Virus record (IMG/VR): IMGVR_UViG_3300044724_004577
Span: 1 to 38,660 of that record
DNA: 38,660 nt
Strand: one strand, 5' to 3'
Source of the DNA: a virus
Lineage: Duplodnaviria > Caudoviricetes
Of this stretch, positions 1-8,799 are shown piece by piece. The notes beneath the pieces are model-generated. The model had not been told where the DNA came from and did not search any database. It saw nothing but the letters and a program-made list of their open reading frames with translations. Position 1 is the first letter of the stretch. Every line of letters begins with the position of its first letter. The position numbers and the translations under genes are program-made.

Positions 1-38
1 GCCGACGTTGCGCCATTAAAACAGTTAATGAAGCCGCG

Positions 39-160
39 CCGTGCCCCGCGCCCCCCGCCCCAAACATACCGGCCAGTGAACCGCGATCCGCCAACCGTGC
101 CCCGCGATCCGCGATCCGCGATCCGCGATCCGCCAACCGTGCACCGTGCACCGTGCACCG
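39..160. repeat. Degenerate 7-bp tandem array (CCGNNNN)
   Basis: Eleven consecutive heptamers at 81-157 (CCGCGAT x5, CCGCCAA x2, CCGTGCC, CCGTGCA x3); CCGTGCC and CCGCGCC at 39-52 lie in the same 7-bp phase. Confidence 0.9.
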
Positions 161-393
161 GCGGGCAAATCGCGTCGGCAGCGGGCAACGATCCATCAAC
201 CGGCTGGCCGTTATTACCGGTAATTGCCCCGGACGCGCTGGCCGTGAAAAATCGGCAAGGGGCCCCTGCATATCGGGTCAAAAACCGCAGAAATCCGCCA
301 AAAATCCAAAAATCGCGCACCGCCGCCACCGGCCTGCCTAGCGGGAGCAAGGGCCATGTTTCTCTCAAATAATTACAGGAAAAACGATATGAC

Positions 394-409
394 TGTTTCA
401 CGTGAAACA
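394..409. promoter_or_regulatory. parS: parS-type palindrome (ParB binding site)
   Basis: TGTTTCACGTGAAACA is a perfect 16-bp palindrome matching the bacterial chromosomal parS consensus TGTTNCACGTGAAACA, and it is intergenic. Confidence 0.85.
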
Positions 410-472
410 ATTGCCTATTTTTTAGGCACCTCCTGCCCAAATACTGGTCTTAGATTGCTTATTTTTTAGGCA
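410..472. repeat. Two 19-bp direct repeats with internal dyad symmetry (operator-like)
   Basis: ATTGCCTATTTTTTAGGCA (410-428) and ATTGCTTATTTTTTAGGCA (454-472) differ at one base; the core is TGCCTA-N5-TAGGCA. Confidence 0.75.
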
Positions 473-484
473 AAAACGCAAAGC

Positions 485-525
485 TTGTTAACTGAGCAAA
501 AAACAGGCATAAAATATTTTATAAT
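485..525 (+). promoter_or_regulatory. Putative sigma70-like promoter region for the packaging operon
   Basis: AT-rich stretch with TAAAAT (510-515) and TATAAT (520-525); candidate -35 boxes TTGTTA (485) or TTAACT (488) have imperfect spacing. Confidence 0.35.
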
Positions 526-540
526 TTTTAACTTTTGGGC

Positions 541-765
541 ATGGGTGACGTGAAAAGAATACATATCAACCAACACATTATAAGAGCCAACGCAAAGTCC
601 GGTGATCGTAATCCTGTGATCACCGTGAAAGAAGGGCGAAGCAATACTTACGCTCACCGCGTTCAGATAAACGGGTCAAGCACCGTGGTGTACAGCCCGG
701 ACAAGCCTCTTTCCTGTGGCGCGAAGGTTTGGATAGAGACCGATGCCGATGTTTTTTTAACTTAG
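541..765 (+). CDS. Small hypothetical phage protein (about 74 aa)
   Basis: Globular-looking ORF (KRIHINQH...PLSCGAKVWIET) ending 9 bp before terL; start uncertain (TTG 535, ATG 541 or GTG 550). Confidence 0.75.
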   Translation: MGDVKRIHINQHIIRANAKSGDRNPVITVKEGRSNTYAHRVQINGSSTVVYSPDKPLSCGAKVWIETDADVFLT

Positions 766-774
766 GGGCCCCCA

Positions 775-2220
775 ATGGATGTTTCAGATCAGGAGTTGAA
801 GCTTCGCCTGCGACTCGCACAAATCGAGAAGAATGAAGCTTGTCAGGAAGACTTTTTAGTTTTTGTAAAAAATATGTGGCCTGAGTTTATTGCTGGTCGG
901 CACCATAAAATTATTGCGGAAAAGCTTGAGCGAGTAGCGAAGGGCGAGCTAAAGCGGCTGATCATCAATATGGCACCGCGTCACACCAAGTCGGAGTTTG
1001 CGTCTTTCCTGTTTCCTGCATGGATGATGGGTCGCAACCCTAAAATGAAGATCATTCAGGCGACGCACACAACCGAGCTCGCCGTCAACTTTGGTCGTAA
1101 AACAAAAAATCTTTTGGACGACGACCGCTACAAGGAGGTGTTCCCGGATGTTAAATTGGCAGCGGATAGTAAAGCGTCTGGACGTTGGGATACCTCTAGC
1201 GGAGGCATGTACTATGCTGTTGGCGTTGGCAGTAATCTTGCTGGCCGTGGTGGGGATCTTGTAATTATTGACGATCCACACTCCGAGCAGACGGCGATGT
1301 CCGCGAACGGCTTTGACGACGCGTGGGATTGGTACACAGGGGGCCCCCGTCAGAGGCTCCAGCCGGGCGGGTCGATTGTTTTGGTTCAGACCCGGTGGTC
1401 CGAAAAGGATATGACAGGGCAGCTTCTTCGTGCGATGGCTAAAGACCCCCTAGCGGACCAGTGGGAAGTTGTGGAGCTTCCGGCTATTTTTAGCGACGAC
1501 AAGCCGTGCTGGCCGGAGTTCTGGTCTATGGAAGACTTGACTGCGGTTAAAGCATCTATTCCTCCGAGCAAGTGGAACGCGCAGTATCAACAGAACCCAA
1601 CTGGCGAAGAGAATGCAATTATTCCTCGCGAGTGGTGGAATAAATGGGAAAAAGAAAAAATTCCCAACCTTGAGTATGTGATACAAAGTTATGACACGGC
1701 CTTTAGTAAGCGGGAGACTGCGGATTTTTCTGCCATAACCACGTGGGGCGTGTTTCACCCCGAGGAGGTAGGGGGTCCCCCGGCGCTTATTTTGTTAGAC
1801 AGTCAGAAAGGGCGCTGGGATTTCCCGGAGTTAAAACGTATTGCTTTTGAACAGTATGAGTACTGGGACCCCGATACTATTGTGGTCGAAGCCAAGGCTT
1901 CTGGCTTACCGCTTACGCACGAATTAAGAAATATGGGAATACCGGTTGTTAACTTTACGCCGAGCAAAGGAAATGATAAGATAACCCGAGTTCATTCTGT
2001 ATCGCCCTTGTTTGAGGCGGGTATGGTCTGGGCCCCAGATACCGTCTTCGCTGACGAGCTAATCGAAGAAGTGGCAGCGTTTCCTAACGGGGAGTATGAT
2101 GATTTGGTAGACAGCATGACACAGGCTTTGATGAGGTATCGTCAGGGAAACTTCGTTCAGTTGCCGACGGATGATTGGGGCGATGAGGAAAAAAACGTAA
2201 AGGTTAGGGCGTATTACTAA
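775..2220 (+). CDS. terL: Terminase large subunit
   Basis: Walker A-like INMAPRHTKS, Walker B VIIDDP, VLVQTRW coupling motif, nuclease acidic motifs SYDTA and YDDLVDS. Confidence 0.96.
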   Translation: MDVSDQELKLRLRLAQIEKNEACQEDFLVFVKNMWPEFIAGRHHKIIAEKLERVAKGELKRLIINMAPRHTKSEFASFLFPAWMMGRNPKMKIIQATHTTELAVNFGRKTKNLLDDDRYKEVFPDVKLAADSKASGRWDTSSGGMYYAVGVGSNLAGRGGDLVIIDDPHSEQTAMSANGFDDAWDWYTGGPRQRLQPGGSIVLVQTRWSEKDMTGQLLRAMAKDPLADQWEVVELPAIFSDDKPCWPEFWSMEDLTAVKASIPPSKWNAQYQQNPTGEENAIIPREWWNKWEKEKIPNLEYVIQSYDTAFSKRETADFSAITTWGVFHPEEVGGPPALILLDSQKGRWDFPELKRIAFEQYEYWDPDTIVVEAKASGLPLTHELRNMGIPVVNFTPSKGNDKITRVHSVSPLFEAGMVWAPDTVFADELIEEVAAFPNGEYDDLVDSMTQALMRYRQGNFVQLPTDDWGDEEKNVKVRAYY

Positions 2221-3428
2221 TGAACAACTATGTGGTAAGAATGGCTGATGGCGGTATTATTGGGGGGCTTGACCGGCTTGGAACCTTGTCGGGGAACGTA
2301 AAGCAGGCTTTGAGTAATATCGTTTATGGCGGTGGCGGCCAAGGTGGTCAGTCTTCCGCACTTGGGGATTTTAGTTTGGGTAGCCAGCAGCCCTCTTTTA
2401 ACCAGCTTCCTCCTCCGCTCCCCTCCGTTCAAAGCCCAATGGTGGAAAACAACCCCCGGGGGGCCCCGATTACCAGTCAACCCATGTTTGAACCGTATGG
2501 CTTTGAAGGTGGCGCTATGTCTCCACCTGTTCCCGGAGACTTTGCGTCAAACATCGAAAGCGAGATGTCTTCGGGCTCCCGGTATTTCAATATGTCGGGC
2601 ACAGGTCCGATGCCGCCCCTTCAGACTATTGAGCCTTCTCCTGAAGAGCAGCACCGCCTTAATGCTTTGGGGATTAGGCCGGGTTTAGGTATTAATTCGC
2701 CCAACTACTCTTCTAACCCGCTGGGTATTGCCAGTGTTTTTCAAAGGGCTCTGAGATTTGGGGAGGGCGGAGCGGTGTCACTAGGCGCGGGAGAACCGGG
2801 CTACGTGGACATGGGTAGCCTGTCCATGAACGATATGTTCGCGGTTCCTTCCCAACCCGGGGACGAGTACTACGTTGGCGAGTTCCCCGGCCGCGTATAC
2901 CGCGAAGGCGACCAGATCACTGATCCGTACTACGAGGGGCCCGATTTTAGCTTTGAAGCCGAAGACCCGCGGCGCTTCGACCTTTATGAAGATAGCGGGC
3001 AGTTTGCACCGCCGCTCACGGATCAAGGTATCATTCCGTTTGACGAAGAAGGCACCCGTTTGCTTGACGAAGAAGGTCGTGCGCGGCCCACGTATCCTAG
3101 CTTTCAGAAGTACATGGAGACAGACGACTCAGGTAACGTAGGTATAATGGCTAGCCTTGGTAAAGACGAGGACACCACCGGTCCCCTGCAAGAGGACTCT
3201 GGCATAGAGGCTTTTGATATCTACCAAGGTCTTGCCCCGGAGCAATTCAAACGTCGCCGTATACAAGACCAAAAGTTTGATAAAAAACGCGGTTTTAAGT
3301 TTGGTCAAATGGTTCGTTTAGATGCTATGGATAATAAGCTAATGAAGATGGGGGGAGCCTCCCCGCGGAGCTTTAGTCCGGAGGTAGCGGACCAAATGTA
3401 TAGTATTTTGGGGCGCGACGTTGGCTGA
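2220..3428 (+). CDS. Low-complexity Pro/Gly/acidic hypothetical protein, putative internal virion cargo
   Basis: 402-aa ORF coupled to terL (TAATG); carries MADGGII and FGEGGAV motifs; no recognisable domain. Confidence 0.7.
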   Translation: MNNYVVRMADGGIIGGLDRLGTLSGNVKQALSNIVYGGGGQGGQSSALGDFSLGSQQPSFNQLPPPLPSVQSPMVENNPRGAPITSQPMFEPYGFEGGAMSPPVPGDFASNIESEMSSGSRYFNMSGTGPMPPLQTIEPSPEEQHRLNALGIRPGLGINSPNYSSNPLGIASVFQRALRFGEGGAVSLGAGEPGYVDMGSLSMNDMFAVPSQPGDEYYVGEFPGRVYREGDQITDPYYEGPDFSFEAEDPRRFDLYEDSGQFAPPLTDQGIIPFDEEGTRLLDEEGRARPTYPSFQKYMETDDSGNVGIMASLGKDEDTTGPLQEDSGIEAFDIYQGLAPEQFKRRRIQDQKFDKKRGFKFGQMVRLDAMDNKLMKMGGASPRSFSPEVADQMYSILGRDVG

Positions 3429-5325
3429 TAGAAAAACAGGATTGCCGGTAGACCCTACGTCTTCCCTTATATCTCAAATAATTTCACCTCTTGTGCCCAT
3501 GTCGTATCAAGTGGACCAGCCTTATTCTGTGAACACGCAGGATGTAGATGGTGGCGTAATTTATTCTGAGACTCCGATGAAAGTCTCTGACCCGCAGTTC
3601 GCGGTCCCTCCGGTTATTAGCGGGGGTATTGAATTGTTTAAACAGTTCATGGATGACCCGGCAGAAACGGCAGGCGGTATTGCTTCGGCTGTTGGGGAGG
3701 AGTTAAAAGAATACCCCGCCCGTCAGCTTCGCACCGCATTATCTGGCGGCGAGACATTTAATCCTGAAACAAGAGAGATTGAAAGGTTTGACCCCTTTGC
3801 TGTACCGGCCACAGTGGCGGCGGGCACCGCGGTTAGTGTGGCGCGAACCCTTGGCAAAGACGGAAGCGGCCCTGTTTTAGGTATTATGGGGGGCCGTATG
3901 GCAAAAGACGGTCCCAGTAAATTTAGTCAAGCCCGTGCCGCAAAAAGTGCTGGAAAATCTAGGCAAGAGGTGTTTGACGAAGCTCAAGCTTACTTTGACG
4001 ACGATATTTTAGGTCAGGATTCTGCGGCCTTTCGTTTTGAAATACCTACGTCTAATTCTAAGCTAAATGACAAGCAAGTCTTTGACGGTAGGATGGAGGG
4101 CTTTCGGTCGGTTGAACGTGACGAGTTTGACGGGGCAAGGTCCATTAATGACGCTCCCTTTGCACGTTTGGAAGATATTTTAGATTTCCCGGAGTTGTAT
4201 CAGCAGTATCCGGAAATAAGAGACTTAGATGTAGCGAGGATAAATGAATTTGGCGGGGCGTTTTATCACCCGATAAAAAACTACATAGCTGTAGCAGACC
4301 AGTTGAATAATGAGTCTTTTCAATCTGCGTTATTACACGAGGTTCAACACTGGGTGCAGCGTAAAGAAGGGTTTCCTACAGGAGGAAATACTGAAAACAT
4401 TCAAAACCAATTAGCTTATCGCATGGAGGGCGCGGATCCTGAGATGTTGAAGGGCCCAGCTAGAGATTTGTACGAGTCTTTGTACGGAGAAGCTGAAGCA
4501 CGGACCGTGCAACGCCGTTTTTTAGACCCGGAAGAAGCCAAGCTAACACCTGTTTTAACCCGCCAAAAAGAAGCCCCTGACGGTGATGTTTCAATGGATG
4601 AAATGGACGCCGTGGAGCGCGGGGAACAGGGGTTGATAGAGGCCTTGGAATATGGGGATATTAGTTATTCTGAACTTTATCCGGAAATATTTTCTGGCGG
4701 CAGCGGTAAACCGTTAAAACGTGGTTCGGTAGTGTTTTCCCCTAGTGAAAAGATAGCGCGGGACCCCGACACGGTTTATTATAAGGGAAAACCCCTAGAT
4801 GAAATGTCTTCCGGTCGTCTTCCAACTCAGTTTGGCGAAAGTATCGGCGGTCAAGCGGTTATTCCGACCATGCCAAACAGGTTTTTCTTTCAAGACTTGG
4901 GCATGTCGGAGCTCACCCTACGCCCTAGTTTGGATTTAAAAGGTAATGAAATCCCGAACAGCGTGGATATCGAACTTATTCGTGCAGGGGAAAAAGGTAA
5001 GGGACACGGCACGGAAATAATGCGTCGTTTGACTAAAATGGCAGATGAAACCGACACAGCACTGACTTTATTCCCGACCCCCTACGGGGACGGCGGGTTA
5101 GACATAGAGGATCTTGTTGCATTCTACAAGAAACAGGGGTTTGAATATTTAGACCCAGATCCTGATATTTCAGACTTAGACCGTGAAATGGTTCGTTATC
5201 CGAGAAAGGCCGAAGGCGGCGTAATAACATTAGCAGATACTGCGCGGAACATGTTCCGCGGCCCACGGGGCGTGGCGGCTCTTGCACCTATAGCTAGGAA
5301 TATGAACCGGCCTATGGTAAGTTAG
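3421..5325 (+). CDS. Polyvalent protein: LPD23-like zincin metallopeptidase domain plus C-terminal GNAT acetyltransferase domain
   Basis: RFEI...LEDILDFPELYQQYPEI...LLHEVQHWVQRKEGF...GEAEAR fits the LPD23-type HExxH pattern; EKGKGHGTEIM...LVAFYKKQGF fits GNAT motifs A and B. TTG start uncertain. Confidence 0.8.
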   Translation: MADRKTGLPVDPTSSLISQIISPLVPMSYQVDQPYSVNTQDVDGGVIYSETPMKVSDPQFAVPPVISGGIELFKQFMDDPAETAGGIASAVGEELKEYPARQLRTALSGGETFNPETREIERFDPFAVPATVAAGTAVSVARTLGKDGSGPVLGIMGGRMAKDGPSKFSQARAAKSAGKSRQEVFDEAQAYFDDDILGQDSAAFRFEIPTSNSKLNDKQVFDGRMEGFRSVERDEFDGARSINDAPFARLEDILDFPELYQQYPEIRDLDVARINEFGGAFYHPIKNYIAVADQLNNESFQSALLHEVQHWVQRKEGFPTGGNTENIQNQLAYRMEGADPEMLKGPARDLYESLYGEAEARTVQRRFLDPEEAKLTPVLTRQKEAPDGDVSMDEMDAVERGEQGLIEALEYGDISYSELYPEIFSGGSGKPLKRGSVVFSPSEKIARDPDTVYYKGKPLDEMSSGRLPTQFGESIGGQAVIPTMPNRFFFQDLGMSELTLRPSLDLKGNEIPNSVDIELIRAGEKGKGHGTEIMRRLTKMADETDTALTLFPTPYGDGGLDIEDLVAFYKKQGFEYLDPDPDISDLDREMVRYPRKAEGGVITLADTARNMFRGPRGVAALAPIARNMNRPMVS

Positions 5326-5343
5326 GCTAAGAGGAGAACACAG

Positions 5344-7785
5344 ATGGCGCGTAAACCAATTGGCGGTTTGATGGACACGAATGTTCCGTCGCAGCTTGAT
5401 ATGGACGATTTATCGGCTGAAGTGGAGCTAGAGGTTCCCGGCAGCATGGACAATGTCGTATCTTTTGAAGGTATGGCGGAAGGCATGGATATTGAGATTT
5501 TGCCGGAAGACGATGGTGGCGTAACAATTGATTTTGATCCGTCTGACCAACGTGGTGAAAACGACGACTTTTACGCTAATCTGGCTGAAGAAATACCGGA
5601 TCGCGAACTGTCTCGTATTTCGGGTGAATTGTTAAGTGAGTATGACGCTAATAAAGCAGGAAGGCAGGATTGGGAAGATGCTTATGCAAACGGTCTTGAA
5701 CTCCTTGGGTTCAACTACGAAGAGAGGACCCAGCCGTTTAGGGGGGCTTCTGGGGTTACGCACCCGTTGCTTGCCGAGGCGGCTACGCAATTTCAAGCGC
5801 AGGCGTTCAATGAGTTGCTGCCAGCCAGCGGCCCCGTGCGAACTGCTATTATGGGAAGCGAAACAAGAGAAAAGCAAGCTCAGTCGCAACGCGTAAGGCA
5901 GTTTATGAACTACTATGTCACGAGTGTAATGGAAGATTACACCCCGGACATGGATCAGATGCTCTTTTATTTACCGCTAGCGGGGAGCACCTTTAAAAAG
6001 GTGTACTATGACGAGACTTTAGGCCGAGCGGTAAGTAAGTTTATACCGGCGGAGCACCTTGTTGTGCCCTACGAAACCTCAGATTTAGACACCTGCCCCA
6101 ATATTACGCAGTCTATCCGCATGTCTCTTAACGACTTGCGTAAAAAACAGGTTTCGGGTTTTTATTTAGATATTCCGGTTATCCCGGCGCAGAACGAAGA
6201 AACCTCTGTCAGTGATGAATTAGACCGCATTGATGGCGTGAGCCCGACTCAGATTGATTATGATTGCACTATTTTGGAGTGCCATGTTGATTTGGACCTT
6301 GAGGGTTATGAAGAAACCGATGAGGATGACGAGCCGACCGGTATTAAAGTACCCTATGTTGTAACAATTAGTTATGACAACGGCCAGATATTGTCTATCC
6401 GCCGTAATTATCGTGAAGAAGATGAGTTAAAGCGCAAAATTCAATATTTTGTGCATTATAAATTCCTCCCGGGCTTTGGTTTCTATGGCTTGGGTCTTAT
6501 TCACACAATTGGCGGTTTGTCACGGACCGCCACGGCGGCACTGAGGCAGTTAATCGACGCCGGTACGTTGTCTAACCTCCCAGCGGGTTTCAAAGCCCGT
6601 GGGCTCCGTATCCGGGACGACGATGAACCGCTTCAGCCCGGGGAGTTCAGAGACGTGGACGCACCCGGAGGGGCTATTCGTGACAGCCTTATGCCGCTGC
6701 CATTTAAAGGCCCTGACCAGACTTTGTTTGCTTTGTTGGGCTTTGTTGTTGATGCCGGTCAGAGATTTGCGACCATCACAGACATGAAAGTTGGTGACGG
6801 AAACCAAAATGCTGCGGTCGGAACGACTATCGCGATGCTGGAACAAGGCTCACGGGTAATGAGCGCGGTGCACAAGCGCCTGCATTACGGCATGAAACAA
6901 GAATTTAAGATTCTGGCTCGTGTAATGAGCGAGAGTTTACCGCAGGAATACCCTTATTCTGTAGAGGGGTCGGACAATACTGTAATGCGGACTGATTTTG
7001 ATGATCGGGTGGATATTATCCCGGTATCTGATCCAAACGTATTTAGTCAAGCGCAGCGTATTGCGGTGGCACAGACCAAGCTTCAATTGGCTGGTGCGGC
7101 CCCAGAGTTACATAACATGTACGAAGTTTATCGCGACATGTATGACGCACTCGGAGTACGGGACGTTGATCGAATAATGAAACGTATTCCTGACGATGAG
7201 CCGGAGCCAAAAGACCCGGCCCAAGAAAACATAGATGTTATGGATATGGTTCCTCTTAAAGCTTTTGAGGGTCAGGAGCATGAAGCTCATATTATGGCGC
7301 ACCTTGTTTTTGGCGCGTCCCCAATGATAAGCTCTATGCCGCCAATGGCTATGGAGCTACAAAAGCATATCATGGAGCATGTAAAAATCTCTGCTCGGGA
7401 ACAAGCTGCGGTTCAGTTTATTCAACAGCGTCAAGCGGTAGGCGGAGAAGCGGCTACGGAAGAAGAAATGCTGGCTATCGAAGGTATCACCGCTCAATTT
7501 GTGGCGCAGGGTATGCAGATGGTTCAGAAGATGTCCCAGCAGGTATCCGGCCAAGGGCCTGATCCTTTGGTTCAGCTTAAAGAGAAAGAGCTACAGATTA
7601 AGGCGCAAGCCGAACAGACGGACGCTCAAGTGGATCAAGCAAAACTAAATCTTGACGCCCAGAACCAAAGAACGAGAGCAGATCAATTCCAACAACGTCT
7701 GGCGAGTCAAGAGCGCCAAACATCAGCGCGTATCCAATCGGCTATGGAACGTGAAATGATTAAACAGAGAGGTAGAGAAGGATGA
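5344..7785 (+). CDS. Portal protein (P22-like, with long C-terminal coiled coil)
   Basis: 813 aa downstream of terL; strong RBS AGAGGAG; LPLAGSTFKKVYYD, GFYGLGLIH, LRQLIDAGTLSN; Q/E-rich heptad tail. Confidence 0.9.
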   Translation: MARKPIGGLMDTNVPSQLDMDDLSAEVELEVPGSMDNVVSFEGMAEGMDIEILPEDDGGVTIDFDPSDQRGENDDFYANLAEEIPDRELSRISGELLSEYDANKAGRQDWEDAYANGLELLGFNYEERTQPFRGASGVTHPLLAEAATQFQAQAFNELLPASGPVRTAIMGSETREKQAQSQRVRQFMNYYVTSVMEDYTPDMDQMLFYLPLAGSTFKKVYYDETLGRAVSKFIPAEHLVVPYETSDLDTCPNITQSIRMSLNDLRKKQVSGFYLDIPVIPAQNEETSVSDELDRIDGVSPTQIDYDCTILECHVDLDLEGYEETDEDDEPTGIKVPYVVTISYDNGQILSIRRNYREEDELKRKIQYFVHYKFLPGFGFYGLGLIHTIGGLSRTATAALRQLIDAGTLSNLPAGFKARGLRIRDDDEPLQPGEFRDVDAPGGAIRDSLMPLPFKGPDQTLFALLGFVVDAGQRFATITDMKVGDGNQNAAVGTTIAMLEQGSRVMSAVHKRLHYGMKQEFKILARVMSESLPQEYPYSVEGSDNTVMRTDFDDRVDIIPVSDPNVFSQAQRIAVAQTKLQLAGAAPELHNMYEVYRDMYDALGVRDVDRIMKRIPDDEPEPKDPAQENIDVMDMVPLKAFEGQEHEAHIMAHLVFGASPMISSMPPMAMELQKHIMEHVKISAREQAAVQFIQQRQAVGGEAATEEEMLAIEGITAQFVAQGMQMVQKMSQQVSGQGPDPLVQLKEKELQIKAQAEQTDAQVDQAKLNLDAQNQRTRADQFQQRLASQERQTSARIQSAMEREMIKQRGREG

Positions 7786-7979
7786 AAAGCGTAGTAAAGA
7801 TTGTAACCAACACCCCCGAGAAAGCCCCTGCGCCAAAAACGTATGCTCAGATTGATGGTCAAGGTCGTATCCCTTATGGAAAAACTGCGGAAGTTAAAAC
7901 ACCCACCACTATGAAACGGATGAACGCCCGTGGGATGGGTGCCGCAACACAAGGTGGAAAATATAACGGCTGTGCCTAA
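7782..7979 (+). CDS. Small basic hypothetical protein
   Basis: ATGA overlap with the portal stop; ends ARGMGAATQGGKYNGCA. Confidence 0.75.
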   Translation: MKSVVKIVTNTPEKAPAPKTYAQIDGQGRIPYGKTAEVKTPTTMKRMNARGMGAATQGGKYNGCA

Positions 7980-8005
7980 TATGCACAGTTTAGCTTGGGG
8001 GCAAC

Positions 8006-8482
8006 ATGATAGCAGAGGTGCTTACGGGCATAGCACTGGTTCAAAAATCAGTGGAATTTATAAAATCGAACCTTGAAACAGCAAAAGACATTTCTTCACT
8101 CGCGTCAAGTATTGATGATTTGTTCACTGGCGAAAAACAAGTACAGCAAGCTAGAGCGAAGAAGTCTGGCACTGGTCTAGGAGACCAATTTGGTGTTGAC
8201 ACTGTAGCTAAAGAGATGCTTGACGCTCGTATCGCCGCAGAAAATTTGGCTGAAGTGGCTCGGCTTGTGGACTTCCGCTTTGGACATGGCACATGGGCTG
8301 GCATCATAGCAGAGAGAGCAAAGCGTATCCAAGAAGCGAAGGAATTAGCTGCCGCAGCTAGACGAAAAAAAATACAGGAAGCCCGAGAGTTTGAAGAATC
8401 AATAAAGCAGTTTGCTTTGATTAGCGGCATAATTTTAATGGTGGTGGTATTACTTTTAGGGCTGGCTTGGCAAATATCATGA
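8006..8482 (+). CDS. Coiled-coil protein with C-terminal transmembrane helix
   Basis: RBS GGGGG; hydrophobic C-terminus FALISGIILMVVVLLLGLAW. Confidence 0.8.
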   Translation: MIAEVLTGIALVQKSVEFIKSNLETAKDISSLASSIDDLFTGEKQVQQARAKKSGTGLGDQFGVDTVAKEMLDARIAAENLAEVARLVDFRFGHGTWAGIIAERAKRIQEAKELAAAARRKKIQEAREFEESIKQFALISGIILMVVVLLLGLAWQIS

Positions 8483-8799
8483 CGCAAAAAAAACTTGAGA
8501 ACGGAAGCCGCTTTGATAAATACGATATGGACGGTGACGGCGTGGTAAGTGACGAAGAGATCGCCCGCGAAAAAGAAATAATTGAAATGGAGCTACGCGA
8601 GGAAAAGAGCGCGGCGCAGAAGCGCATGGCGTGGGTTGCTATAGCCAGCATGATTTCTTTTAGCATGTTTCTTTTTTTACCGATTGTGTCGGACAATAGA
8701 GTCAAAGCTTTGGCAGATTTGTTGGGCCTGTTTTACATTGCACAGGCGGGCGTCGTAGGTGCGTATATGGGTACAACAGCTTGGATGAGTAAAAAATGA
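8479..8799 (+). CDS. EF-hand-like motif plus 2-TM membrane protein (holin/antiholin candidate)
   Basis: ATGA-coupled start at 8479 preferred over the track start; DMDGDGVVSDEE loop; two hydrophobic segments; lies in the lysis region. Confidence 0.75.
   Translation: MTQKKLENGSRFDKYDMDGDGVVSDEEIAREKEIIEMELREEKSAAQKRMAWVAIASMISFSMFLFLPIVSDNRVKALADLLGLFYIAQAGVVGAYMGTTAWMSKK

Noticed and set aside
81-157. Heptamer array or the 27-bp repeat at 16677 as a CRISPR array
   Set aside because: Units are directly tandem with no unique spacers, and no cas genes are present.
28-372. 114-aa Pro/Arg-rich ORF and nested 153-341 ORF
   Set aside because: These are translations of the GC-rich heptamer array; there is no RBS and the composition is unlike the other genes.
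544-630. parS-like half sites GACGTGAAAA and CCGTGAAA
   Set aside because: Only half matches, inside a CDS, not palindromic.
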